Positions 34,242 to 44,985 of a DNA stretch of 64,000 nucleotides are shown here, one piece after another; the first letter of the stretch is position 1, and every line of letters begins with the position of its first letter. The position numbers were made by a program, and so were the translations under genes. This stretch comes from an uncultured Gemmatimonadales bacterium (GTDB lineage: Bacteria > Gemmatimonadota > Gemmatimonadetes > Gemmatimonadales > GWC2-71-9), in contig CAVSLV010000001.1 in NCBI GenBank assembly GCA_963728915.1, forward strand, positions 384,001-448,000, written 5' to 3'. The notes beneath the pieces were generated by a model. That model saw only the letters and a program-made list of their open reading frames with translations, ran no database searches and had not been told where the DNA came from.

Positions 34242-35835
34242 GCTTCGACCGGACCGTCGTGGTCTTCCTGGCGCCCCTGGTGGGGGCGCTGCTGGGCTGG
34301 CTGGGCTGGTGGGCCCGCCGCGCCCGGCTCCGCGCCGCGGCGCAGTGGTCCGCGGGGGTCGGGGCCCGGCCCGGGCCGGAGCGGTGGACTCCCTGGTGGT
34401 TCGCCGCGGCCGGCGTGTTAGGGGGGTCGGGCTCGCCGGCCCCCGCTGGGGCCGGAGCGTGACCGAGCTGCAGGGCCGGGCCTTGAACCTCGCGCATCGG
34501 GGTCGACGTCAGCCGCTCGATGCTCGCCGAGGACGTCGGCCCCCAACCGGCTGGGCCGTGCCATTGCCGATGCCAACCGGGTGGTCCAGGACGCCCGGGG
34601 CGACCGGATCGCCCTGCTGGCATTCACCGGCCGGAGCTACATCATGAGCCCGCTGACCCTGGACGATGCGGCGGTCACGATTCAGCTCGATGGGCTCGAT
34701 CCCGACATCGCCAGCGAAGGGGGCACCGATCTCGGGGCGGTGCTGCGACAGGGCCGCGAGCTGCTCGCCGCCGCGGCGGAGCGGGGCGCCCGCGCCATGG
34801 TGCTGTTCACCGACGGCGAGACCCTCGATTCGGTCGATGCCGCGATCTCCGCGGCCGAGCGCCATCCGCGATGCCGGGGTGACCCTCATCCTGGTCGGCG
34901 TGGGCGATACCGTTCCGGTCCGGATTCCCCAGCGGGATGAGCGCGGTACCCTGAGCGGATACCAGACCTACAGGGGGCCCCGGTGTACAGCTGGAGGCAC
35001 GACGATGTCCTTCGCGCCATCGCGGATGCCGCCGGGGGCGTGCTGGTCATGGCATCGACCACCGATCCGGCCGCGACCGTTCGACGGATTCTGGACGGGC
35101 TCGAGCGGGGCGCGAGCCGGGAGCTGCACCGGGAGGACCTCACCCCACGCGGCTGGATCTTCGGGCTGGCGCGCTGCTGCTGCTCTCGGTGCAGGGACTG
35201 TTACGCCGGGGGCCCGGCGGTGGCGGGATTGGCGCTCGCGATGCTTCTCGGCACGCGCCGTCCAGGCGCAGCCGCCCTCCAGCGGCGACCGCCTGCTCGG
35301 TAAGCACGATACCCTCGCCGCGGCGGCCGCTTTTGCCAGGGAGGCGACTCGAAGCGGAGGCGACACGGCCTGGTTCAATGCCGGGACCGCGGCCCTGGCC
35401 CGGGCCCGGTTCCAGGATGCCAGGCAATGGCTCGGTCTCGCCGCGCGATCGCTCGATCCCGAGCTTCGATTCCGGGCGCTCTACAATCTCGGGCTGGTGG
35501 CGTTCCATGAGGCGTTGCGGGATACCGCGCGCAGGGAGGAGCTCCATTCGGAAGCGGCGAGCCGGTTCCGGGAAGCCCTGCTGCTCCGGCCCGGTTCCTT
35601 CGACGCCAAGTGGAACCTCGAGCTGGTCGAGCGGCCGCCCCCTCCACCGAGCGGTGGAGGGGGTGGCGGATCGGCGCCCCCTTCCCAGCAATCGGCGCAG
35701 ACCGGGAATACCCAGCTGGCCCAGTCCGACGCGGATCAGATTCTCAACTCGGTGGAGCGCGCCGAGCGCGAGGTCCGCGCCGAACAGGCTCGCCGCCGCC
35801 GGGTGACCCAGAGCAAGTCGGGGAAAGACTGGTGA
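34238..35835 (+). CDS. BatB-like VWA protein with TPR (BatC-like) C-terminus, multiply frameshifted
   Basis: DVSRSMLAED, DRIALLAF, PLTLD, GTDLG, LFTDGE; later FNAGTA, YNLG, DAKWNLEL, KDW end. Confidence 0.75.
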
Positions 35836-37799
35836 ACGTCCTGCTCCTGGCGATGCTGTTGCAGCAGGGGCCGCTCGATCCGGACCTTGCCGCCCTGGTA
35901 TCGCAGGTGCCGGAGCCGAGGTCCGGTGCTCCCTCGGTCTTCAACGTGATCTCATCCAATCGGCTGTTCGCGGGCGATCAGCTGAATGTGCTGACGGCGG
36001 CATGGTTGCCGCGCTCCTTGCGCCTCAGGCTTCGCCAGGCGCCTTCGCTCACGCCACCGGTGCTTACCGGCGTATGGGCCACGCCGCGCGCCCCGGTGAG
36101 CGGCGTGGTGGCCACTCGGGAAGGCGATCTCGAGTCCTACGACCTGTTCGTCGTCGCCCAGACGGTTTACCCGCTGAACCCGGGAGTGCTGAGTATTCCG
36201 CCGGCTCGATTGACCTGGATCGAGCCGCCGCGATCCCGGAGCAGCGAGGAGCGCCATGCCTCGGCGAGCAGCGCCCCGCTCTCGGTCCAGGTGCGGCCGC
36301 TTCCCACGACCGGGCAGCCGCCCCAGTTCAATGGCCCGGTGGGACGCGATGTCCGGATCGAATACCGCCTGGCGGGATCGGGACGGGCGGGGTCGGTGGT
36401 GCCGGTCGAGGTCGCGGTGAGTGGCACCGGGAGCCTCCCGCTCTGGCCCGTGCCCACGGTGACGTGGCCACAGGGAGCGAGAGCCTACGACCAGGGCTCC
36501 GATGCTTCATTCGGTTCCCAGGGCGTCCGGCTCGGCGGGACCCGGGTGTTCCGGTTCGCCATCGTGCCGGACTCCGCGGGGGGACTCTCGCTTTCGCCGC
36601 TCGAGTATCCCTACTTCGATCCTTCCTCCTCGAGCTACAAGGTTGCGCGGACGCCAGGTACCATCGTTCCCATCCTCGAACCGGCCCCCATCGCCGCCCG
36701 CCAGCACCCGGTGCCCCTGCTCGAGCCGGAGGCGGCTCCCATGGCGTCCCGGTTCGCCGCTCTCCCGGGTTATGTGCAATGGGGCCTGTTGCTGGTGCCA
36801 TTGCTCGGCATCGGCGGATTGCTGCTGTGGCGAAGCCTCCCCAGGAGAGTCGCCCCGCAAGAGCCGGCGCCCGCGCGCGACCGGCTCCAGCAGCTGGTCC
36901 GAGCGGTGCTTCCCCCCGGGACCGGTCCCAGTCCCGGCGCGATCGTCGCCGCGCTCCGTCACGCCGGCATTCCCGCCGCCGATGCCGAGCGGCTGGCCCG
37001 GCTGCACCTGGGTCTCGAGACCTTGCGGTTCAGCGGGAAGAAGAGCGACGGCGATCCGGAGCGCCGCCGGCTGGATGAGGAGATCGAAAGCCAGCTGGGA
37101 ACCGTGCCTCACCCGATTCGCCGGTTGGCCGGCCTCGCCACCCTGGTGCTCGGCGCGGTGCTGCTGCCGGGCAGGACATCGGCGCAGGACGCCACCACGC
37201 TCTATAACCGGGCGGAATACGGGGCGGCCGCCGAAGCGTTCCGCGGCGAGGCGCGCGAGTTTCCCAGCCCCGAGCGATGGTACAATGTCGCAGCGGCGGA
37301 CTACATGGCGGGGCGGGACGCCGAGGCGGCCGCGGCGCTGCTCTCGGTGCGGAGCGAGATGCCCCGCGATGCGCGGGTCCGCGCCCTGTGGAATGCGCTT
37401 GCCCGGGAGCACGGGGAGCTTCGCCGGGTGGGTCGGCTGTCGCTGCTCACCTCCGATGAGGTGTTCATCCTCTCGATCGTCGCCGCCTGGCTGGCCCTGG
37501 GGTTGTTTCTCTTCCGGCGCCGCTGGCCGCTGGTCTGGATCGGCGCTCTCGGGGTGGCGCTGGTGGGCGTGTTGATCGCGGGGGCGCTCGGGCACGAGGA
37601 GCGGCTCGAGCGCGCGGTGCTCGCCGGGGGCGTCAGTCAACGCGTCTCTCCCCACGGACTCGCCCCTACCATCGGATCCATCCCGGCCTTCACGGTGGTT
37701 CGATTGCTCCGGCAGAACGGCGCGTGGCGGCTGATCAGCTCCGACAATGGAGAAGGCTGGGTTCCCGCCGACATCGTGGTGCCCGTCGTGAATTTCTGA
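35832..37799 (+). CDS. BatD-like protein with TPR and SH3-like C-terminus
   Basis: GTGA overlap; VQVRPLP..GQPPQFNGPVG, YPYFDP, TM helices, terminal EGWVP motif; frame intact. Confidence 0.75.
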   Translation: MNVLLLAMLLQQGPLDPDLAALVSQVPEPRSGAPSVFNVISSNRLFAGDQLNVLTAAWLPRSLRLRLRQAPSLTPPVLTGVWATPRAPVSGVVATREGDLESYDLFVVAQTVYPLNPGVLSIPPARLTWIEPPRSRSSEERHASASSAPLSVQVRPLPTTGQPPQFNGPVGRDVRIEYRLAGSGRAGSVVPVEVAVSGTGSLPLWPVPTVTWPQGARAYDQGSDASFGSQGVRLGGTRVFRFAIVPDSAGGLSLSPLEYPYFDPSSSSYKVARTPGTIVPILEPAPIAARQHPVPLLEPEAAPMASRFAALPGYVQWGLLLVPLLGIGGLLLWRSLPRRVAPQEPAPARDRLQQLVRAVLPPGTGPSPGAIVAALRHAGIPAADAERLARLHLGLETLRFSGKKSDGDPERRRLDEEIESQLGTVPHPIRRLAGLATLVLGAVLLPGRTSAQDATTLYNRAEYGAAAEAFRGEAREFPSPERWYNVAAADYMAGRDAEAAAALLSVRSEMPRDARVRALWNALAREHGELRRVGRLSLLTSDEVFILSIVAAWLALGLFLFRRRWPLVWIGALGVALVGVLIAGALGHEERLERAVLAGGVSQRVSPHGLAPTIGSIPAFTVVRLLRQNGAWRLISSDNGEGWVPADIVVPVVNF

Positions 37800-37833
37800 G
37801 GGAGCTGGTCGTCCGCAGTAGATTTCCTCCCCC

Positions 37834-39525
37834 ATGTCCATCGCCATTCTTCCCGATGCCGTCGCCAATCAGATTGCGGCGGGTGAAGTCGTCGAGCGTC
37901 CCGCTTCCGTGGTCAAGGAGCTGGTCGAAAACGCCATCGACGCGGGGGCGCGACACATCCGGATCGAGCTGGAGCAGGGCGGCAAGACCCTGATCGCGGT
38001 GAGCGACGACGGCTCGGGCATGAACCGCGAGGACGCGGTTCTGGCTCTGGACCGACACGCCACCAGCAAGATCCGGAGCGCCGCCGATCTGGTGGGGGTG
38101 CGCACCTTCGGCTTTCGGGGCGAGGCCCTGCCCGCGATCGCTTCAGTCTCCCGGTTTTCCATGCAGACAGGCGACGGCGCGGACGCGACCGAAGTGATGG
38201 TGACCGGTGGGCGGCTCGATCGAGTGGAGCCGGCGGTGCGGCAGCAGGGCACCACGATCACGGTGCGCGGCCTGTTCTTCAATACCCCGGCCCGGCGGAA
38301 ATTTCTCCGGTCGGTGCCGGCGGAAACTCGCGCGGCGTCGGAAGCCATCGCGACGCTCGCGCTCTCCCATCCCGCGGTGGGATTCGAGCTGGTGGTGGAC
38401 GGCGCAGTGCGGCTGGAGGTGCCGGCGGGACAGGACGAGTCGGCTCGGCTGATCGGTGTCTGGGGGCCGCACCTTTCCGGAACCCTGATTCCGGTGAGCT
38501 ACGCGGCTGGCGCGGTGCGGGTCGCCGGCTACGCGCAGCGTCCCGGCGATGCGGCGCCGACCGGGAGAAGGACGCAGCTCTTCGTCAATGGACGCCCATT
38601 CCGTGACGCCTTTCTGATTCGGGCCGCGGAGGCCGGATACCGTTCCGCGATCCACCCCGGCGACCGTCCCAGCCTGCTGCTCCATCTCGATCTCGATCCC
38701 GAGCTGGTGGACGTCAACGTGCATCCGGCCAAGCTCGAGGTTCGGTTCCGGGATCGGATCGCGGTCGAGCGTACCATGGAAGAGGCGATCCGCGATGCGC
38801 TGGGCCGGATCGAAGCGGCCGCGCCGGTGGGCGACTGGAGACCGATGCCGGGAGGAGGCGGAGAGGCTGGCAGGGTTGGAGGCACGGACGCCCCGGAATC
38901 GCTGTTCGCCTCTGCCGTCGCGACGGAGCCTGGCGCGGATTCTTCCGGACGATCGTTCGCGGCGCCGGTGACCCAGCTCTTCTCGAGCTACATCACCTTC
39001 GAGGGCCCCGAGGGACTGGTGATCGTGGACCAGCATTCCGCCCACGAGCGGGTGCTGTTCGAGGAAGTCATGCGTCACCTCTCGAACGGAGGCGCGTCGA
39101 GCCAGCGGCTGCTGTTTCCCGAAACGGTCGAGCTCACCGACGAAGAGCTGGACGCGCTGGAGCGACACCAGGAGCCGTTGCACGCGATCGGCTTCGAGGT
39201 GGAGCCGTTCGGTGGACGCGCCGTGGCGATCCACGCGGTGCCCGCTCCCCACCCGCGGTTCGAGGCGATCGCCTGTTTCCGGGAGCTGGTCTCCGATCTG
39301 GCGCGGGGCCGCTTTGGCGGCTGGGCCAACCGCCTGGAGCGGTTTGCCGCGACCTACGCCTGCCGGGCCGCGGTCAAGGCCGGGATGCCCCTCTCCGAGC
39401 CCGAGATGCGGGTTCTGCTGCTGCGCCTTTTCGAGACCAGCCTGCCCCCGCACGACGTGCACGGCCGGAGTACGATCGTGCAGCTTCCCCGCGCCGAGCT
39501 GGAGCGACGATTTGGCCGCCAATAG
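37834..39525 (+). CDS. mutL: DNA mismatch repair endonuclease MutL
   Basis: NQIAAGEVVERPASVVKELVEN, GFRGEAL, VDVNVHP, DQHSAHERVLFE, ACRAAVK, HGR. Confidence 0.97.
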   Translation: MSIAILPDAVANQIAAGEVVERPASVVKELVENAIDAGARHIRIELEQGGKTLIAVSDDGSGMNREDAVLALDRHATSKIRSAADLVGVRTFGFRGEALPAIASVSRFSMQTGDGADATEVMVTGGRLDRVEPAVRQQGTTITVRGLFFNTPARRKFLRSVPAETRAASEAIATLALSHPAVGFELVVDGAVRLEVPAGQDESARLIGVWGPHLSGTLIPVSYAAGAVRVAGYAQRPGDAAPTGRRTQLFVNGRPFRDAFLIRAAEAGYRSAIHPGDRPSLLLHLDLDPELVDVNVHPAKLEVRFRDRIAVERTMEEAIRDALGRIEAAAPVGDWRPMPGGGGEAGRVGGTDAPESLFASAVATEPGADSSGRSFAAPVTQLFSSYITFEGPEGLVIVDQHSAHERVLFEEVMRHLSNGGASSQRLLFPETVELTDEELDALERHQEPLHAIGFEVEPFGGRAVAIHAVPAPHPRFEAIACFRELVSDLARGRFGGWANRLERFAATYACRAAVKAGMPLSEPEMRVLLLRLFETSLPPHDVHGRSTIVQLPRAELERRFGRQ

Positions 39526-40447
39526 AGTCGCGGTGCTCGTGGGTCCTACGGCGATCGGCAAGACCGTCGTGGCCTCCGCGCTCGCGGCTCATCTGCCGAT
39601 CGAGGTGATCTCGGCGGACTCGCGCCAGATCTATCGCCGGCTCGACGTGGGGACCGCGAAGCCAACCCGGCGGGAGCGGCAGAAGCTCCCCCATCACGGC
39701 GTCGACATCGTGGATCCCGGAACCCGGTACAGCGCGGGGCGCTTTGCGCGGGAAGCCGAAGCCTGGATCCGGGAAATCCGGGAGCGGGGCCGCCTGCCTA
39801 TCGTGGTCGGCGGGACCGGGTTGTACGTCCGCGCACTGGCGGAGGGCCTGTTCGTCGAGCCGACCCTCGATCCGGAGCGGCGGCGCGCCCTGGAGCATTG
39901 GGTCGGAAGTCTCGAGGGCGCGGAGCTGGTGCGGTGGGCCGGCCGGCTCGATCCCGGGTTTGCGGGCGGAGGACGCCAGCGCGCCACCCGCGCCATCGAG
40001 ATCGCCCTGCTCACCGGCACGCCGCTCTCCGGGTGGCATCGGCGGGCGGCGCGCCAGGGGACCATCCGGCCCTGGTATGTCCGGCTGAGCGCGCCCCGCG
40101 CGATCCTCTCCCAGCGGATCAGGGTGCGCGCCGAGGAAATGCTGCGGCGCGGGTTAATCGAGGAGGTCGCCGCGGTGCTGAGCGAAGGGCACCCACCCGA
40201 CGCTCCCGGCCTGAACAGCGTGGGGATTCGAGAGGCGGTCGAGTATCTTCACGGCCAGCGCACCCGCGAGTCCGTGGCGGAGGCGATCGCCGCGAGCACC
40301 CGTCGCTACGCCAAGCGGCAGGAGACCTGGTTCCGGCACCAGCTGGCCGGAGAAGTCCTCACCCTGGACGCCACCCGCCCGCCCGACGAGCTGGCCGCGA
40401 TCATCGCGGTGTCATGGAAGGAAGGAGGTCGCGAGCGGGTCCCGTGA
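39512..40447 (+). CDS. miaA: tRNA dimethylallyltransferase
   Basis: GPTAIGKT, ISADSRQIY, VGGTGLY, TRRYAKRQETWF; TTG start inferred. Confidence 0.95.
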   Translation: MAANRVAVLVGPTAIGKTVVASALAAHLPIEVISADSRQIYRRLDVGTAKPTRRERQKLPHHGVDIVDPGTRYSAGRFAREAEAWIREIRERGRLPIVVGGTGLYVRALAEGLFVEPTLDPERRRALEHWVGSLEGAELVRWAGRLDPGFAGGGRQRATRAIEIALLTGTPLSGWHRRAARQGTIRPWYVRLSAPRAILSQRIRVRAEEMLRRGLIEEVAAVLSEGHPPDAPGLNSVGIREAVEYLHGQRTRESVAEAIAASTRRYAKRQETWFRHQLAGEVLTLDATRPPDELAAIIAVSWKEGGRERVP

Positions 40448-41568
40448 AAATCGGCATCACGTGTTATCCCACTTACGGCGGCTCCGGCGCGCTGGCAACC
40501 GAGCTGGGGCTCGAGCTGGCCCGGCGCGGCCATCAGGTGCACTTCATCACCTACGCCATGCCGTTCCGGCTCCGCGGCTACGCCGAACGGGTCACTTTCC
40601 ACGAGGTCGACACCGTCACCGGGCGGTACCCGCTCTTCGAGCACTATCCCTATACCCTGGCGCTGGCGTCGAAGCAGCACGAAGTGGCGCTCCGGGAAAA
40701 GCTCGACGTCCTCCATGTCCACTACGCCATCCCCCACGCCACCACCGCCTGGATTGCCCGGCAGATGCTGGCCGACTCCCATCGGGTCAAGGTCATCACC
40801 ACCCTGCACGGGACCGACATCACGCTGGTGGGTCAGGAAGAGAGCTTTCACGCGATCACCAAGTTCTCGATCGAGCAGTCCGACGCGGTCACCGCGGTGT
40901 CGGAGTTCCTCAAGGAAGAGACGCTCCGGACGTTCGGTTGCAGCGGCTGCCGGATCAGCGTCATTCCCAACTTCGTCAACCTGGACGAGTATCATCCCGC
41001 GGCGCGCAAGGAACGGGACGGCCTCTGCCCGGCCGGCCACAAGCTGCTGACCCACATCTCCAATTTCCGGGAGGTGAAGCGGGTCAAGGACGTGGTGCGG
41101 ATCTTCGCGCGGGTGCGCCGGACCATCCCCGCCACCCTGCTCATGATCGGCGACGGTCCCGATCGCGCCGAGTCCGAGCGGGAGAGCCGCGAGCTTGGGG
41201 TCGAGGCGGACGTGCGGTTCCTCGGACGGCTCGATCCGGTCGTGCCGCTCCTGCAACAGAGCGACCTGTTCCTGCTGCCCAGCCAGAGCGAATCGTTCGG
41301 ACTGGCCGCGCTCGAAGCCATGGCGACCGGCGTCCCGGTGGTCGGGAGCCGGGTCGGTGGGGTCCCCGAGCTGATCGAAGATGGAGTTTCGGGAATTCTC
41401 GAGCCGCCCGGCTCGGTCGAGGCGATGGCGCGCCGGTCCGCCGAGGTGCTCCGCGACGAGGCGGCGCACCAGCGCATGGTCGCGGCCGCGCTGGCGCGGG
41501 CCTCCCTGTATGACGCCGACGCGATCGTCCCCCGGTATGAAGCCCTCTACAAGGCGGTCGCCGGGTGA
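40444..41568 (+). CDS. bshA: N-acetyl-alpha-D-glucosaminyl L-malate synthase (bacillithiol pathway)
   Basis: KIGITCYPTYGGSG, LHVHYAIPHA, TTLHGTDITLVG, SNFR.VKR, ESFGLAALEAM. Confidence 0.93.
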   Translation: MKIGITCYPTYGGSGALATELGLELARRGHQVHFITYAMPFRLRGYAERVTFHEVDTVTGRYPLFEHYPYTLALASKQHEVALREKLDVLHVHYAIPHATTAWIARQMLADSHRVKVITTLHGTDITLVGQEESFHAITKFSIEQSDAVTAVSEFLKEETLRTFGCSGCRISVIPNFVNLDEYHPAARKERDGLCPAGHKLLTHISNFREVKRVKDVVRIFARVRRTIPATLLMIGDGPDRAESERESRELGVEADVRFLGRLDPVVPLLQQSDLFLLPSQSESFGLAALEAMATGVPVVGSRVGGVPELIEDGVSGILEPPGSVEAMARRSAEVLRDEAAHQRMVAAALARASLYDADAIVPRYEALYKAVAG

Positions 41569-42359
41569 ACCTGGCCTGGTGGCAGGGACTCGTCCTCGGA
41601 CTGGTCCAGGGTCTGACCGAGTTCCTTCCCGTTTCGAGCTCGGGTCATCTGGTGCTGGCGGAACGCTTCGTCGGGTTCGTCTCCCAGGGCGTGTTTCTCG
41701 AAGTGATGGTCCACGTCGCCACGCTGCTCTCGGTGATCATCGCCTATCGCCGGCGCATCCTCGAGCTGCTCGGGGGCCTGGTCCGGCGCGAGGGGTTGGC
41801 CTGGCGGTACGCCGGCATGCTGGCGCTCGCCTCGATCCCCGCCGGCGTTGCCGGGGTGCTGCTCAAGGACTACTTCGAGCGGACCTTCCACTCGCTTCCC
41901 GCCCTGGGCTGGAACTTTCTGATCACCGCGGCCATCCTCTGGAGCACCCGGTGGGCCCCCCGGCGCCCGATGCCGGCGTCCGGCGCGCCGGTGGTTCCAT
42001 CGGCCGTCCAGGCCCTGGTGATCGGGGTGGCCCAGACGTTCGCGATTCTCCCCGCCATTTCGCGATCGGGGTCGACCATCGCTGCCGGGTTATGGAGCGG
42101 GCTTCCGGCGGTCGCCGCGGCGGAGTTCTCCTTCCTGATGTCGGTCATCGTGATCGCCGGGTCCGGCGCCATGGAAGCGCGCCACCTCACCGCCGGGTCC
42201 GTGACCCCGGGTCTCGCCACCGCCTTCTTCGCGGCGATGCTCGCCGGCCTCCTGGCGATCTATTTCCTGGTGCGGCTGCTCCGCCGGGGCAAATTCCATT
42301 ACTTCGCTCCCTACTGCGCCGCTCTGGGCCTCTTCTGTCTCCTCTGGTTCGCGCTCTGA
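41565..42359 (+). CDS. uppP: Undecaprenyl-diphosphatase
   Basis: QGLTEFLPVSSSGHL, ISRSGSTI, AEFSFLMS. Confidence 0.95.
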   Translation: MNLAWWQGLVLGLVQGLTEFLPVSSSGHLVLAERFVGFVSQGVFLEVMVHVATLLSVIIAYRRRILELLGGLVRREGLAWRYAGMLALASIPAGVAGVLLKDYFERTFHSLPALGWNFLITAAILWSTRWAPRRPMPASGAPVVPSAVQALVIGVAQTFAILPAISRSGSTIAAGLWSGLPAVAAAEFSFLMSVIVIAGSGAMEARHLTAGSVTPGLATAFFAAMLAGLLAIYFLVRLLRRGKFHYFAPYCAALGLFCLLWFAL

Positions 42360-42362
42360 GCC

Positions 42363-43079
42363 GTGATCGAATGGCACGAAGAGCTTCCGTCCACCCAGGA
42401 TGTGGCCCATCGTCTCGCCGGAGCCGGCGCGCCGCACGGAACCGCGGTGGCGGCGCGGGTCCAGACCGCCGGACGGGGCACCCGCTCCCGCCCCTGGGTG
42501 TCGACCCCGGGCGGTCTCTGGATGAGCGTGGTCTGCCGCCCCCGGAGCGGATCCGGGATTGAACGCCTCGGCATCCGGATCGGGCTCGGGCTCGCCGCAG
42601 TGCTGGAGGCGTCGCTGGCGCGCCCGGCCCCCGGTGCCGGCCCGATCGTCCTGGTCAAATGGCCCAACGACCTGATGCTCTCCCATGGCAAGCTGGGCGG
42701 CATTCTCGCGGAAGCCCGCTGGCAGGGTGACCGGCTGGCCTGGATCGTCGTCGGCATCGGCATCAACGTGCATAACCCGCTGCCCCGTGACACCGATCTG
42801 CCCGCCGCTTCGCTGGCCGAGGCCGGCTTCGCCGGCCGGGCCGAGAGCCTGGCCGAGCCGGTCGCCCAGCGGGTGGCGGTGCTGACCCGGGTCGCCGCTC
42901 CGCTCACCGAGCCCGAGCTCCGCGGCTTCGCCGACCGCGACTGGCTCCAGGGCAGGAAAGTGCTCCTCCCGCGGCCGGGCGTAGCGGCCGGGCTCGCTCC
43001 TTCGGGGAGGCTTCGCATCGAGTCACCGGACGGCCGGATCACCGAGCTCGACGACAGCCTCGCCCTCCGCCTGGCGTGA
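42363..43079 (+). CDS. birA: Biotin-protein ligase (no N-terminal HTH)
   Basis: STQD, QTAGRG, KWPND, KLGGIL, VGIGINV. Confidence 0.92.
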   Translation: MIEWHEELPSTQDVAHRLAGAGAPHGTAVAARVQTAGRGTRSRPWVSTPGGLWMSVVCRPRSGSGIERLGIRIGLGLAAVLEASLARPAPGAGPIVLVKWPNDLMLSHGKLGGILAEARWQGDRLAWIVVGIGINVHNPLPRDTDLPAASLAEAGFAGRAESLAEPVAQRVAVLTRVAAPLTEPELRGFADRDWLQGRKVLLPRPGVAAGLAPSGRLRIESPDGRITELDDSLALRLA

Positions 43080-43993
43080 TGAGTCGGGGGCGGGCGCTGG
43101 GGTACCGGCTGCTGGGGCGCGGTTTCGATTACCTGCTCCACCTCCGACCCGCCGAGTGGCCGATTCTGGCCCTGCACGTCCTGACCGGCAGCATCCTCGC
43201 GATCGGCCTGGGCGGACTCCAGGATGGCGAGCACCTGGGCTCGATCCTCGCCGGCGTGCTGATCTTCGTCATCGGGCTCAACGGCGGCACCCTCGCCCTC
43301 AATTCCGCGTTCGACCGCGATCGGGGAGACATCGCCTACCTGGCCCGTCCTCCCGCGCCCCCGCGCGGACTCGCCGGGTTCGGTCTCGCGCTGATGCTGG
43401 CGGGGCAGCTCGTCGCCCTCGCCCTTCCTGCCGGATTCGCGCTGGCCTACGCCGCCTGCCTGGTGCTGTCGGTGCTGTATTCGGTTCCGCCCATCCGTCT
43501 CAAGGGGAAGGCCGGGCTCGACTGGCTGGTGAATCTTCTCGGGTTCGGCTGGCTCACGCCCTACGCGGGCTGGGCGCTGAGCGGGCGACCGCTCACCGAG
43601 GCGGGGGCGATCGTGCTGGGATCGTTCGCGGCCCTCTTCGGCGCCCTCTACCCGCTGACCCAGCTCTATCAGCTCGAAGAGGACCGGGCCCGCGGGGACC
43701 GGACCCTGGCTGTGTCCATCGGCATAACCCGCGTGTTCGGGCTGGCGGTCCCCATGGCCGGGATCGCGCTCCAGGGGCTGGGCATCGCGGCCGGCGTCTC
43801 GGCCTGGCCGGTTCCGGCGGGATCCCGCTGGGTCGCGCTGCTCGCGGCCGGGCTGGCCTGGACCGCGGTCCTCTTGCCGTGGTGGCAACGCCGGAACCGC
43901 CTTACCCGGCGGGGTCACCAGCGCTGGATGCATCGGGCCTTCCTGGCGTGGGCGGTGACCGACCTCGCGGTGCTGTGGGCGTTTGCCCGCTGA
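43076..43993 (+). CDS. UbiA superfamily prenyltransferase
   Basis: Multi-TM; NSAFDRDRGD, YSVPPIRLK, YQLEEDRARGDRT. Confidence 0.82.
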   Translation: MMSRGRALGYRLLGRGFDYLLHLRPAEWPILALHVLTGSILAIGLGGLQDGEHLGSILAGVLIFVIGLNGGTLALNSAFDRDRGDIAYLARPPAPPRGLAGFGLALMLAGQLVALALPAGFALAYAACLVLSVLYSVPPIRLKGKAGLDWLVNLLGFGWLTPYAGWALSGRPLTEAGAIVLGSFAALFGALYPLTQLYQLEEDRARGDRTLAVSIGITRVFGLAVPMAGIALQGLGIAAGVSAWPVPAGSRWVALLAAGLAWTAVLLPWWQRRNRLTRRGHQRWMHRAFLAWAVTDLAVLWAFAR

Positions 43994-44062
43994 AACGGTT
44001 GGCTCGGCCGTCCGGCGCGGCTAATTTCCCGGCGCTGGTTTTTCCCCGCAACCTGGAGCCCC

Positions 44063-44692
44063 ATGACATCCACGCTCGCGATGGATGCCCGGCACGATCG
44101 CACTGACCTGGCGAATGTCCTCAGGTCGGGCATTGCGCTCGGCTTGCTGCAATCCGCCCTGGTGGGACTGTTCGGATTCCTCCAGGTTCGTCTCGCCGGT
44201 ACCGCCGAGCTCCTCGTCTGCGGACTGATTCTGGTGGTGGGCATCGCGCTCACGATTTCCCTTCCCGGACGCTGGACCCGGGCCCGAACCATCGAGGGGA
44301 TCGCGGGCGCGGGGGGAATCGGCTACGCCGCGGCGATCGTCTTTCTCATCGTGGATGTCACGCTGTTTCAGCCGGTTGGTCTCTACAGCAATCGGTGGCG
44401 GGAAATCGGCGGCGGCAGCAACTGGTGGTACCACCCGGTGTGGTGGATGCTGGGAACCTATCTCCCGCTCATGGGAGCCTGGGTCCTGGCGAATCAGACC
44501 GAGCGAAACGGACAGCCCAGTCCGTTCTTCCTCGTGACGGGCGCCTTCGGGTTTGCCGCGCTTCTCCTCGGAATCGCCACGCTGATCGGGTTCCCCGGCG
44601 CGCACTGGGGCCTGGGCGCCTACGCGGTCTCGATCATTCCTGCGCTCATGGTCATGGTCGGCATTACCTCCTTCATGGCGCGACGAAGGTAG
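44063..44692 (+). CDS. Hypothetical polytopic membrane protein
   Basis: GGAG RBS; about six hydrophobic segments; Trp-rich loop NRWREIGGGSNWWYHPVWWM. Confidence 0.75.
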   Translation: MTSTLAMDARHDRTDLANVLRSGIALGLLQSALVGLFGFLQVRLAGTAELLVCGLILVVGIALTISLPGRWTRARTIEGIAGAGGIGYAAAIVFLIVDVTLFQPVGLYSNRWREIGGGSNWWYHPVWWMLGTYLPLMGAWVLANQTERNGQPSPFFLVTGAFGFAALLLGIATLIGFPGAHWGLGAYAVSIIPALMVMVGITSFMARRR

Positions 44693-44694
44693 GG

Positions 44695-44985
44695 ATGGCG
44701 GTGCGGCTCCTGGTCCGCCTGCTCGGCTGGCTGCTCACCCCGGTCATCTCGCTGCTCGGCGCATTCCTCGGAGCCTGGCTCGGCGCCAGCATCGGAGAGA
44801 CCCTGTCCAGCTCGACCGCGGCCGCCTGGACCATGTTCGGCGTGGGCGCGGCGTTCGGGATCCTTGCGGCCTGGGCCTGGCTCAGGCTCCTGCGTCACTC
44901 TCCACGACTCCAGCGCACGCTGGCGGTCGCCCCCGATGGAACGCCCCTTGCGGCGGCCGAGGACGAGCCAGCGGACCAGTCCTGA
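44695..44985 (+). CDS. Hypothetical two-TM membrane protein
   Basis: ATG 2 nt after the previous stop; two hydrophobic helices. Confidence 0.7.
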   Translation: MAVRLLVRLLGWLLTPVISLLGAFLGAWLGASIGETLSSSTAAAWTMFGVGAAFGILAAWAWLRLLRHSPRLQRTLAVAPDGTPLAAAEDEPADQS

